Below are positions 53,244-64,000 of a stretch of 64,000 nt of DNA, piece by piece. Every line of letters begins with the position of its first letter. The first letter of the stretch is position 1. The notes under the pieces are model-generated. The model was not told the origin of the DNA. It saw only the letters and a program-made list of their open reading frames with translations, and made no database searches. Source of the DNA: Novakomyces olei (lineage: Eukaryota); assembly GCA_016906335.1 (NCBI GenBank), contig JADEYG010000012.1, positions 62,001-126,000 on the forward strand. The letters are read 5' to 3'. A program made the position numbers and the translations under genes.

Positions 53244-54629
53244 ATGTCGTCGTCAGAGAACACGTGTGCGCCAACTGGCTCAAAGAAGCTTGTGCTTGCG
53301 TACTCTGGAGGCCTGGATACGTCATGTATCCTTGCCTACCTGATTGAACAGGGATGGGAAGTTATCGCCTACAGTAAGTTGAAGAGGAAAAACGATAAAA
53401 AGACTGAATTTGGTGGCAATTGACTAACCATGATCATAAATCTGCTCGGGCACAGCCCTTGCAGATTGATATTTTGAACATTTTAAGTGGCCGATGTTGG
53501 TCAGGAAGAAGATTTCGAAGAGGCTCGCAAGAAGGCACTCAAGATCGGTGCCAGCAAAGTATATATTGAAGATCTTCGTGAACAATTTGTGAAGGAAACC
53601 TGTTTCCCCGCAATTCGCTGCAATGCGGCTTATGAGAACGTGTACCTGCTGGGAACCTCATTGGCTCGTCCTGTTATTGCAAAAGCACAGATTGCAATTG
53701 CGGATAAAGAAGGCGCTACTGCAGTCTCCCACGGTTGCACTGGCAAGGGCAACGACCAGGTCCGTTTCGAGCTTGCGTTTTATGGATTAAAACCAGATAT
53801 CAAGATCGTTGCTCCCTGGCGTGATCCCTTGTTCTGCAGCCGTTTCCGAGGCCGCAGTGATCTGCTCCGTTACGCAGCAGAAAAGGGTATCCCAGTCACA
53901 CAGACACAGGCCAAGCCTTGGTCCACGGATGAGAATCTGGCTCATATCTCTTACGAGGCCGGTATCCTTGAGGACCCGGATGTTACCCCACCAAAGGATA
54001 TGTACAAATTAACCGTGGATCCATTGGATGCTCCGGATAAGCCGGAAGATTTCTCCATTGACTTTGCTAATGGCTTCCCTGTCCGATTGACTTATGAGAA
54101 TGGAAAGGCCGCTACAAAGCCGCTTGATCTGTTTTTGACGCTCAACAAGATTGCTCGTCGCAACGGTATTGGCCGAATTGACATCGTGGAGAACCGTTTC
54201 ATCGGTGTCAAATCCCGAGGCATTTACGAGACGCCGGCTATCACAATCTTGCGCCTGGCTCACATGGATCTGGAAGGGTTGACCATGGATCGCGATTTGC
54301 GTGCCCTGCGTGATCAATTTGTTACCTTCAACTATGCACGTCTGCTGTACAATGGCTTTTTCTACTCGCCTTCTATGCGCATGCTTCACGCTGCCATTGA
54401 TGCCAGCCAGGAGACTGTTAACGGAAAAGTTCGTGTTCGGGCTTACAAGGGCAATACTATTATCCTGGGCCGCAGCTCCGACGAGAAACTTTACAGCGCA
54501 GAGGAGTCGAGTATGGACGACCTCACCGGGTTCGATCCTACTTGGGCCACTGGATTTATCCAGCTGCAAGCGCTGCCGCTCAAGAAGGCGACTGCCGCTC
54601 TGCAAAAGCACCTCAAGGAAGATAAGTAG
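53244..54629 (+). CDS. ARG1: Argininosuccinate synthase, 2 exons
   Basis: [58 protein letters not shown]; intron 53374-53487. Confidence 0.97.
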
Positions 54630-55022
54630 AGCAGTGTAAAGGTTCTATAGTGAATCTGACAGGAATACAAGTGTAATTAGTATTGGCTTAGATGTAGCTC
54701 CGAATAAGACAATTGTATTCTGGTAAAGAGTAGTGATATTCTTGTCAATGCAGCTGTAGACGAAGATCATGACACGTACAGCCAGAAGCCTTGCAGAATC
54801 TTGATTGCCATTGTGATTGTGCGCGAATTGCAATATTGTTGGCCAATTGGCTGCTACAAGAACAAGTAAGTACCGTAAGCTATACAGTTTATTGTATACA
54901 TTTGTTTCATTGCCTTGCTTATTTTATAAATTTATATGTAAATAAATAGATAAATATATGTATATATAAATGTATATATAAATTACAGATTTAAAATAAT
55001 CCTATATAATATCAACACATCT

Positions 55023-55046
55023 ACCCTACCCTACTCGACAGTCACA
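55023..55046 (+). promoter_or_regulatory. Homol E (ACCCTACCCT) + Homol D (CAGTCACA) ribosomal-protein promoter module
   Basis: Exact S. pombe-type boxes 60-85 bp upstream of the RPS0 ATG. Confidence 0.85.
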
Positions 55047-55106
55047 AAACTAACAACAGAAATCATTTTCGAGCACAACAGACTCTCTGTACTAGCATCG
55101 TCCACA

Positions 55107-56114
55107 ATGGCGTCCAAACTACCGACTATTCTGCAGCGTAAGCATTCGACCGTCATCCTGAAACTAACAGACTTTAGCGACGGACGATGATATCCGAAAG
55201 CTGTTGGCTGCACAATGCCACATTGGCTCCAAAAACGTTGAGGTACGATTTCAAAGTCTATCGTTTGTCGATTTGACGATATGAAATAAATAAATAACAA
55301 AAACTAACGTTGTCAGAACCGCATGACCTCGTACGTGTGGAAACGCCGTGCTGATGGTGTCAACATTATCAACGTGCAAAAGACGTACTCCAAATTGGTT
55401 TTGGCTGCTCGCATCATCGCTACAATTGCCAACCCGGCCGATGTATGTGTCGTATCTCAGCGCCAATATGGACACCGGGCTGTCCTTAAATTTGCCGCTG
55501 CCACTGGCGCCTCTGCTATTGCCGGCCGTTTCACTCCCGGTAGCTTCACCAACTACATTACCCGCTCTTTCAAGGAACCCCGGCTCATCATTGCCACCGA
55601 CCCGCGCACGGACGCTCAAGCTATCCGTGAAGCCTCCGACGTTAACATCCCCGTTATCGCCCTGGCCGATTTGGACGCTCCCTTGAGCTTTGTAGATGTT
55701 GCTATCCCCACTAATAACAAGGCACGCAACGCTATCGGCCTGGTTTGGTGGTTCTTGGCCCGTGAAGTGCTACGCCTTCGTGGCTCTATCTCTCGTTCCG
55801 CCGAGTGGGACGTTATGCCGGATCTCTACTTTTACCGTGATCCTGAAGAAGAGCGGGAAGAGAAGGAGGAAGCCGAAGGTGTTCCTGCCGCTGTTGCCAG
55901 TGAGTTGGCGGCTACTGCTCAGGCTATTGCCCAAGGAGCGGGCAATGTTGCCGGTGCTGATTGGGAAGTGACTGGAACAGCTGTTGCCACTGAGACTGCA
56001 GCACCTACCGCTGGTGCTGCTGCTGGTGCTGAGCAGTGGGCCAGCTCTGACTGGGCTCAGCCTCAAGCGTCTTCTGACTGGGCGGCCACTGAGCAGCCTG
56101 CCAGCTGGGCATAA
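55107..56114 (+). CDS. RPS0: 40S ribosomal protein uS2 (S0/SA), 3 exons
   Basis: [66 protein letters not shown]. Confidence 0.97.
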
Positions 56115-56457
56115 GCTATCTGCATCATTTAGTAATGGAAAATTTGCTGCGTAAACGCTTGTGTCTGTTTATTTTATTGGCTTTTGTTTGTTGGTTACAA
56201 AGAAGAATGTAAAGACGTAGAGTACAAGGATTGCAGTATAGGCGATGGCCGTTATTATCAAGGATGCATCTCGTAGTAGAAATAACTCCCTTCTCAATCA
56301 AGTGGCAGTTTTACCGGGACACCATTGCACGCGTCGCAAACTTTTTGCCGAGTTTGAATGGTTTTTGATTTAATTGCCGCTCGAATATTACAAGCAAAGT
56401 TTGAATTGCTCATATTATTAGTCTTTAGGAGAATTCTTGATGCCGCAATTAATATAA

Positions 56458-56790
56458 ATATGTTTGCACGTAGGACCCATAAAGCCAGAATAAATGTTGC
56501 ATTTCTGTCTCTCTTGAGTAACAAGCTCTGCTACCCACGTGAACAAGTATCTTCAACATATTTGTGTACAACTAATAAGAAAGCTGTACCAACAATTATA
56601 TGAGCAGAATGGAAACCAGTAGCTAAATAGAAACAACTACCAAATATGTTGAAGGAAAATAAAGTTGAATTTTAGCAAAGACTAGTGCAAAAGAAAAGTT
56701 GAACTGCATTGACCGCCTGCAGAAAGTTCGGGCTGGCGAATGCATATGTATCTCACGCATTCATATATACGCCATATTTGTTACATGCTC
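56458..56790 (-). ncRNA. Candidate structured ncRNA with H/ACA-like 3' end
   Basis: 14-bp perfect stem 56551-64/56641-54 closing two G.U-containing hairpins, followed by a second hairpin and ACA+3 nt; identity unknown. Confidence 0.4.
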
Positions 56791-57842
56791 CATAATTAAT
56801 TTAACCAAGAAATTATGCGAGTACTTAGGTTTAGGGTTAGCTCTCTATATTAAGGATTAACCTCTCCATAGTAGATTAAGTTCTAGCAAACAACACGCCA
56901 TACAGATTTGTATGTTTACTTATACAAATCTACGCATGCACGTGACAGAGTGTTTGACTAAATAGGTTGTTTGTCATGTGAAGATGGCAGATTGGGCATT
57001 GAATTTGTGCTTAATAAGATAATTGCACGCGTCAAACCGCGTAAGGTGCAGTCAAATTCTTAAGCATATTGATGGCTTGTTGCGCCTTAAAATTATTGGG
57101 CGTCATATTAAATTTTTCTGAAACACAAAGGTTCTATCCCCAAGTGCAACCTAATTTCTGGAGCTTTATAAATACATATAGTTGGCCACAGAACGTAATT
57201 ATGACCCATCGACAGTGTCCAGCTTCGCTGCTGACCAATTTCTCAGAATTAACGCCAAATACTGGCTAGATCGAGGGTTATATAGAACGCGGTCTTCACC
57301 CTCTTGTAACTTTTTGCCCTCATCATTCAGACGTAAATCAATGAGGACAGATATTTAAATACTTCAATATCACATACACGCCGCCAAACACTGGCTCAGA
57401 ATGCAAAAAGCCAGATCAATTATAAACAATTATTCTACGAAGCAAATTGAGAGGTTATAAAGTCGGCGAGATCTCAAAGCACTGGGGAGATGAATAAAAG
57501 CGACTTTAAATGACGTACATAGTGACATACCAGTAAACTAGACTCTGAAATGTAAAAGCCAAGAATGAACGAATAAAATAATAATTATAGTCGAATTTCA
57601 ATCGCAGTCACAGGTTATTTATAAATCCAATCTCCAATAATTGTTGCAAATCGGAGACCAACACCAACCAGACTTCTCTCATGCTCGATTTCTCTCATTC
57701 AATATGGCTCTTATGCTCAATTGTATTACTGTCCAAACAGCTATTTAGAAGTCATCTAAATGTAAATATATATATATATATATATAGATAATTCTGGTTT
57801 GCCTGTGTAGTGGGTATTTAGATGCCTGGTATATACAGTATG

Positions 57843-60020
57843 CTACTCATACGTAAGTCGCCTCGAGGCTCCCAAAGTACTCGAGCGACGACCATTAGGC
57901 GTCTTTGCCACAACACCCGTCCCTACACTTGTACGTCGACCGCTTGACGGAGTCGGTAGCCGCGAAGGTCTCGGTAGAAGCGAGCTCCTTGGCGTCTCTG
58001 GAGCGGGCAAAAACCCCAGAGTACTTAAACGCGTACCGACGCGTAAAGCGTTCGGCTCCGGTGTAGATCGGGCCGATCGCGACGGGCTCGGAGCATTTGG
58101 CACGGGAATTCCCGATTTCCTCCGTGGCTCGGGTTCGAATCTCGCGGGGCTGCTTATCCGAGGCGCTCGGAGGATGGGTCGACGGAATTCGGATCTCACT
58201 TCCAACCCTGAATCGGGCCGGGAAACCGACTGAAGTCCATACTTTGATTCGCGTCTCGAATCAGGCGAAGGACGAGAGTGAAAGTCTGTGGACAACTTGC
58301 CCGTAAAATTAGAAGGCTGATTCTGATTCTGATTCTGGCTTTGAAGCTGATTCTGACTTTGAGGCTGAGAAGCAGACCTTCGTGGACTCAAATGAACGCG
58401 TGGAGTAGGAAGCTTAGAAGGAGACATTACTGGTAATGAAGACGTAAATTGCTCTCCTCGAATTCGGGAGGCATGTAGGCCTAAGGGTCTTCGCGAGACG
58501 GGATAGCCTGTCCGGGAGGCTCGTACAGGCGAAGCTGCCTCTGCCTCTGTGTAATAATTGTTGTAAATAGAATCCACCGGCTCATCTTGTTCAGGAGGAT
58601 CCAGTAAAACAAAATCGTGCAATTTCTGGTGTAGATTATGTTCCTCTCCTTTTGTGCGCCCTGCTTCCGTAGTATTTTGAACATTGTTCAGGGACTCGTC
58701 TAAACTATTTTTATTTTGTCCACTGTCTGGAACATTGATTGGCTGTTGACCAGGCTTATGACCAATTTGTTTGTGCAATTGATGGTTCTCAATGTCTGCT
58801 TTTAAATACTCTGCATGAGAGGTTTTAAATAGAGCGTGTCGCCGAAGCAGAGCATCATAATCACCCACTGCCTGACTGCCCGACACGTGCTTTTCTCGAA
58901 TTCCCTGTTTCATTACATCCAGCAGCCGTGAGACCAAGCTTTCTTGTGTTTCCTTTTGCCAGGCAAATGCTTGATAGAGCACATTCCCCTGACGAACCTG
59001 TTGCAGAGCTGTTTCCAGGTCCTTTATCGCCGTCAGAGCTAAAGAATGAGCTCGATTAAACACCAGCTGCCATTTATCAATAACAGTCTCCCTCTGTAAA
59101 GCTTGGAATTCAGATTGAACACGAGTAAAATGCTCTTGAGCCGCATTGAATCGAGATGTTAGTGAGCGTACAGCGTGAGGGTACAATGCACTCGCCCGCT
59201 CATCAAACTGAGTGAGCCGATGCTTGTACATACTAAAAGAGATTGCTATAGGAGAGATACGTAAGCCCAGAGTTCGTATTGCATCAGACTTTGACTGATC
59301 CCACTGGAACAGTTTGCTGTCCGGCAGCTTTTTGTTTGGCGTCCCAGTGTTCTCCCCCTCAGGTACTTGTTCCGTTATCCGTTCCAAAATATCGATATCG
59401 CCATCAAGTATTTCAAGGGCTGATACTGACGCGCTCTGGCTCTGCCTCTGTTCCTCTAGCTCAAAGATACGCGTTCCACAATGATCCAATTCGCCTTTAA
59501 TTGCCTCCAAAATCGATACACAGTCCCGCCAATCAATTGCCACTGCAACACGCCGTTCTAATTGGCCAAGCAATGAGATTGTAACCTGCCACACGTGCAA
59601 AAGGCGGTTGTTGCGGTCTTGTAGATCGGAATACAACGCGTCACGTTGAGCCATGTGCTCCACAAGAGCCTGAAACGCGTCAAATGTTTGTACAAACTGA
59701 GAAATGTCGTGATGAACAGTCGACAGCGACAGCTCACCAGAAAGCATCCATTCAATTGCGTCATCGTCTATAGGAGAGGGTGTGCCATTTGCTTGTGTGC
59801 GGGGGACACGTTCCTTGTCACCAGTGGCGTCCCGTAATAACACGGCCGCATTCTCTGCCCACTCGGTTATTTCTCGACAGCAATTTTGTACACGACTTTT
59901 TACATCATTGTCGTACTCTGGAACGTCTTGCAAGGACCGTACTTCGTCCAGCGCCGGGAATTTTAGTCTCCGTAGCTGTAACACTTGCGCTTCTAAACCC
60001 TCCTCTCCATTAACTGCCAT
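57843..60020 (-). CDS. KAR9: Kar9-family cortical/spindle-positioning protein
   Basis: Helical N-half with AIDW, FELEE.R, P...S...RL.QF, L..E...DKW.LVF; basic S/R/P-rich C-half with SxIP-like motifs (SGIP, SKLP, SRLP). Confidence 0.75.
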   Translation of the reverse strand: MAVNGEEGLEAQVLQLRRLKFPALDEVRSLQDVPEYDNDVKSRVQNCCREITEWAENAAVLLRDATGDKERVPRTQANGTPSPIDDDAIEWMLSGELSLSTVHHDISQFVQTFDAFQALVEHMAQRDALYSDLQDRNNRLLHVWQVTISLLGQLERRVAVAIDWRDCVSILEAIKGELDHCGTRIFELEEQRQSQSASVSALEILDGDIDILERITEQVPEGENTGTPNKKLPDSKLFQWDQSKSDAIRTLGLRISPIAISFSMYKHRLTQFDERASALYPHAVRSLTSRFNAAQEHFTRVQSEFQALQRETVIDKWQLVFNRAHSLALTAIKDLETALQQVRQGNVLYQAFAWQKETQESLVSRLLDVMKQGIREKHVSGSQAVGDYDALLRRHALFKTSHAEYLKADIENHQLHKQIGHKPGQQPINVPDSGQNKNSLDESLNNVQNTTEAGRTKGEEHNLHQKLHDFVLLDPPEQDEPVDSIYNNYYTEAEAASPVRASRTGYPVSRRPLGLHASRIRGEQFTSSLPVMSPSKLPTPRVHLSPRRSASQPQSQNQLQSQNQNQNQPSNFTGKLSTDFHSRPSPDSRRESKYGLQSVSRPDSGLEVRSEFRRPILRAPRISSPARFEPEPRRKSGIPVPNAPSPSRSARSTPEPNALRVGTRLSTLGFLPAPETPRSSLLPRPSRLPTPSSGRRTSVGTGVVAKTPNGRRSSTLGASRRLTYE

Positions 60021-60551
60021 TTTTTTGTAATTTAATACTTTATATTTTGGTTTTTTTGAGCTTTGGCGGATGGAGCAAGGGGACGCTGCTCGCGGTTAGA
60101 AAGACATTGCTAGCCACAACTCTGCTCTGGAGCCATCGATCGTCAAGACTGCGCAGGCTCAATCTAGATTACGACTGGACTATAATTTGAGTATTATAAA
60201 TACCACGCTTGCTAGAATCAATCGTCCTTGTTTTATCTCGAATACATAAATATAAATAAATAAATAAATAAATAAATAAATATAGAAATAATTAATCTAT
60301 TTGTTTAATTTTTGTAACTGCTCATCTTGTTAAGATAAATAAAATTTGTTTGGTGTGGATACAATTTGTTTTCGCCTTTACTACGCGTTTTGTATGGAGA
60401 CCGTAATAGAGTGTGTTTATTATACAGAGATATGTGAAGGCGGACTGAGCAAATAGTAATATTTTTATTAAAACTTATATACTGAATGACAAGTTGAAGC
60501 TTATCATATAACAGTGCCATACTTGTCCTTTCCATACGCGGACTCATCGAC

Positions 60552-61684
60552 TCATGTTATAATCTTTTGCTGGACATAATCCACAGTCCTTGTGCCCAAT
60601 TGACTGTCGACCCATGTCCGTGTCTCCTCAACTTCTTGCACACTTTTCGCTTTGTCTAATCGCTGTAAAGCTTCGTCCAAAACAGTAGCCGAAGCCGATC
60701 TTTCTTTGCCCGTCGCAGCCAGGGCCATTTGTTTCTCTAATTCACCATTCTCTGCTTCCAGACGTGCCACCCGCTCTTGTAAATCCGCTTTATCGCCCAA
60801 TTTTATGCGTGGAGGAAGCACACTCGGAGCTTCAATATCGTAAACATTCTGCAACGATTCAAGTACATACTGCATCCACTCGTGCTGCCTTGCATATCGT
60901 GCCCGACTCACATTACGCGGCGTCATCATATCAATCTCGTCCCCCAACAGTCTTTCGTCTTCCTCTTTCACCCGTTTCCTTGACCCTGTCGCTGTTGACG
61001 CATTAGCGGGCGCAGGAGCAGGAATAGGCGCCGGAGCAGCAGCAGCGGGAGCAGATGAAGCTGGAGCCTGCTTTGTTCCACTGCTTAAAAGCTCTACCAG
61101 CTGAAACTGCCGACTTGAGACTGTGGGCAAAGGGTATTGCCGCGGCGGCTGTGGATGGGCAGCTGCCGGATTAACAGGGATCCGATCAGTATCGACAGAT
61201 CTTAAATACTGCAATAGCCACAGACTATCATGGCCTCCATATTGCGAGGTTACTCGGAACCGCCGACGCACGCGCGACGTTATTGCTTCAGCTCCCGGGT
61301 AAAATCCGAGCTTGCACTCACGGCATTCAAGTATGCGCCCGGGCGTCTGTACCTGGTGGACCGTTTCACTGTCCATATATTGAAGCCCGTCTGGAGGAAC
61401 ATTGGCACTTTGTGGAAGAAAAACGAGTATTACACTTCCATCTGCGGGTCTATCAATCGTGTTCCATACAAAGGGTATCTAGGCGTAAGCCAAATTCGTC
61501 TTGATTGATTGCTTTTGGATAGACTTACCTGAGGAAGAATTGAGGCCGCTCTCAACAACATTTCAACAATATTTTCGAGCGTTAGTTGCGCGTTTGGAGG
61601 GTAAGAGAGCACTGCCCGGCACCAAACTTGGCCGCGATATTCGCGCGGCAGGCCTTGCAGCGCCTGTGTCGCGGACACAGCCAT
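60552..61684 (-). CDS. ssr4: SWI/SNF-RSC subunit Ssr4 (DUF1750), 2 exons
   Basis: Intron 61479-61528 yields ...LLRA...|IPFVWNTIDRPADGSV...DGLQYMD.E...K.GF.PG....SR.RRRFR...LWLLQY...GDE.D.MTPR.VS.ARY.RQHEWM. Confidence 0.8.
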
Positions 61685-61738
61685 GTTTTAGTGCCTGACG
61701 GAGTTTGAGTTCGACCACAATGGATGAGAGTAAAATGA

Positions 61739-61975
<237 letters not shown>

Positions 61976-62286
61976 GGATAGAACTCCATATAATAGCAGG
62001 CTTATAGTACCACAGCCATTATTCATGCCAGAAGCCATGCTACATGGTTTCGCGTGGTAGCCCTGATTGTTTTAAACCATGAGCACTAAGGATCACTTGC
62101 CCTTTTAATATAAACTAAAAGCATTGTACGAATTGGTAATGAACAAAATGCACGATCGATTAATCTATATACTTTATGACCGTATTTACACACTATCCTT
62201 GCCGAGTGTCAGCACAGTCGTTCAACATACACTATACACTTTCTGGCCAATCCTCTCTATTCTGTACGGCACGACATAAAAGCGTT

Positions 62287-63117
62287 TTATTGTTTTTGAC
62301 TCATTGTTAGTACGTCTGTACGCCTTTGGGCCACAGATATTTGCTCGGCGACCCAGTTCTGATCGTTGACAAGCGACCCAGAGTCATCTGACCGGGCAAT
62401 TGCCGCTTTAATACGTGAGTAAGGAGCTTCACGCAATAAGCATTCTCGTAGTATATAATCTTGTGAAAACTCAACAAATATTCTAGTGTCGAATATGCGA
62501 AACATTACCTCGTCGAGGCGCATAAATAGGCGTGAAAGGAGGAGTAAACGCTCTGGCATAACCCGTATACGGATGGTTAGATGACTTGTGCCATTGTCAC
62601 CTAGCTCATCTTCATATAATGTCATTTCATCGTAGAATAATATAGGATCTTGGCGCTGTAGTAATGCGACGGGAATAGTTAGAGCTTGCTCATCTTTGAA
62701 AGCATTCGGGACCTGAGCGCCCTTTAGCCTAGCAACACCGGCATAATTAGAGCTATAAGTCCAGTCATAAGACTTAGCTGCTCCGACGGATTCCTCGGAA
62801 AGATCCCGTGAACGACTCCATTCCTTAGCATAAGGCACTTGCAAAAGAGCCCCGCTGGAACCAGTGCGGTCAGTGGCTTCCAGTGCCTGTAAAGCGTCAA
62901 AACGAAGAACCCATCCCGATGATTCATGAGCAATTTCAGCATAATTTCCTCCAAAGTACATCTCTGGTAGAGGAATCCCCAAACGCTGAGATGCCTCGTC
63001 CATTTCTCGTGCTCCCGAGATGGGTTTTTTACAAGTAGTTACACGCCAGCCATTGACAGAAATAGACCTCAAGGGCCCGTCTTCCCGCACTGGGAATTTG
63101 TCCTGAATGTCTGCCAT
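62287..63117 (-). CDS. TIP41: Tap42-interacting protein Tip41/TIPRL
   Basis: GIPLPEM.FG.N, YDWTYS..Y.G, DPILFYD...LYEDELGDNG, RVMP, RLD.V..R..DTR. Confidence 0.95.
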   Translation of the reverse strand: MADIQDKFPVREDGPLRSISVNGWRVTTCKKPISGAREMDEASQRLGIPLPEMYFGGNYAEIAHESSGWVLRFDALQALEATDRTGSSGALLQVPYAKEWSRSRDLSEESVGAAKSYDWTYSSNYAGVARLKGAQVPNAFKDEQALTIPVALLQRQDPILFYDEMTLYEDELGDNGTSHLTIRIRVMPERLLLLSRLFMRLDEVMFRIFDTRIFVEFSQDYILRECLLREAPYSRIKAAIARSDDSGSLVNDQNWVAEQISVAQRRTDVLTMSQKQ

Positions 63118-63682
63118 TCAAGCTAGCACTTTTCTCAATTTTAAGAATAACAATTAATTTTAATCGTATTGAACGTTCTCCACTAGTCGAATTTCAATCG
63201 TTAGATCAAAGACAACCTAAACATGGGCATTGCAATAGTCACCCATTTGTTTTGATCGATACGAAATCACAAAAATCAAAACACGATATGAAATTCGAAT
63301 CTGTATCACCTGGCCGGAGACGATGTCCGTTGCAGGTATCTGATGGCTTTTCAAGCCAAGAGCGCTCACGATACTTTGGCACTAAATTTTCTTGTGTCAC
63401 CCGTATCACGATACTGATTATAAAGAACAATTACCGTCAAGCGTCTTTTCCTTGGCGGCAGAATGTGCCTAATACTCTATCGAATTGGCCTTTAATTGTA
63501 TATAAATCAGGCTGCTTCAATACTATTGGCTTTGTATGTCATAATTGGCTCATTATAATATAAATGATTTTCGTACAAAAATAGCCGGCATATCTTGGAT
63601 TAATCATACTTTTGTATAGTACAATTTCATACGTATATTAATATTAATATATTCGCGGTTACCACATTGCACTTTATGAGCA

Positions 63683-63904
63683 ATGCCGCAGGACGACGAG
63701 GGCTCCTCGAGCACCGGCGATCTTTCGTCGTTTTACGAGCAGTGGCAGGCTGATATAGAAACCCGGAAGCGGCATCGGCAGCCGGTACAGGAGCAGGACA
63801 GTACCCCCGACAGCTCAGCTTTGAAAGTATGGGAGACGGGACTTCGCTGCGAGCAAGAAGGAAAGCTGAGCGATGCGCTTGTCAACTATCGCAAAGCCTT
63901 GAAG
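63683..63904 (+). CDS. First exon of an Hrt3/Pof7/FBXO9-like F-box protein (truncated by window end)
   Basis: L.SF..QW..DI and AL..WE.G...EQ.G.LSDAL..YRKA.K, followed by a GTACGC donor. Confidence 0.6.
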
Positions 63905-64000
63905 GTACGCAAATTGTGGCAGAAATAAATAGAGAAAAAGAGAGAAGAGAAGAGGAGAAAATAGAAAAAGAAAAAAAAGGGCAATAAAGGGAAAAAGCAT

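Noticed and set aside
52669-53263. Two minus-strand ORFs in the RPB6/ARG1 divergent region
   Set aside because: No family features, and they overlap promoter-like sequence.
57459-57507. Hairpin with partial complementarity to 25S rRNA CGGCGAG-UG-AAGCGGC as a pseudouridylation guide
   Set aside because: No H or ACA box at the required 14-16 nt spacing; the match could be chance.

Overview
Gene-dense, intron-rich fungal chromosome segment. The S. pombe-like eRF1, an Ssr4 homolog, Homol D/E boxes and many 35-60 nt introns suggest an early-diverging ascomycete; CTG reads as Leu and all three stop codons are used. About 30 housekeeping genes can be assembled: DAK1, a 2-hydroxyacid dehydrogenase, FSH1, a TBC RabGAP, NEO1, ELP5, SEC22, a ribosomal-L1-domain protein, VPS55, ERB1, ATP17, RPL25, SEC16, SDS22, a DUF1640 protein, a short kinesin-3, LAA1, LIP2, RBX1, PHA2, SUP45, CBP4, RPB6, ARG1, RPS0, KAR9, SSR4, TIP41 and an HRT3-like F-box gene. 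Several are missed or fragmented in the ORF track. A Ty1/copia RNase H relic lies at the left edge. Most notable: (1) a hairpin in the ARG1 intron that hides two frameshifting CAG acceptors; (2) a ciliate-like YFCGSKF stop-recognition motif in eRF1; (3) a 1.4-kb ORF-less but structured locus between RPS0 and KAR9 with promoter, splice and snoRNA-like signals on both strands; (4) a candidate C/D snoRNA in a 5'UTR intron of ATP17; (5) two long recurrent oriented promoter motifs; (6) frequent AAG acceptors. All calls are by eye and from recalled family motifs; no searches were run.
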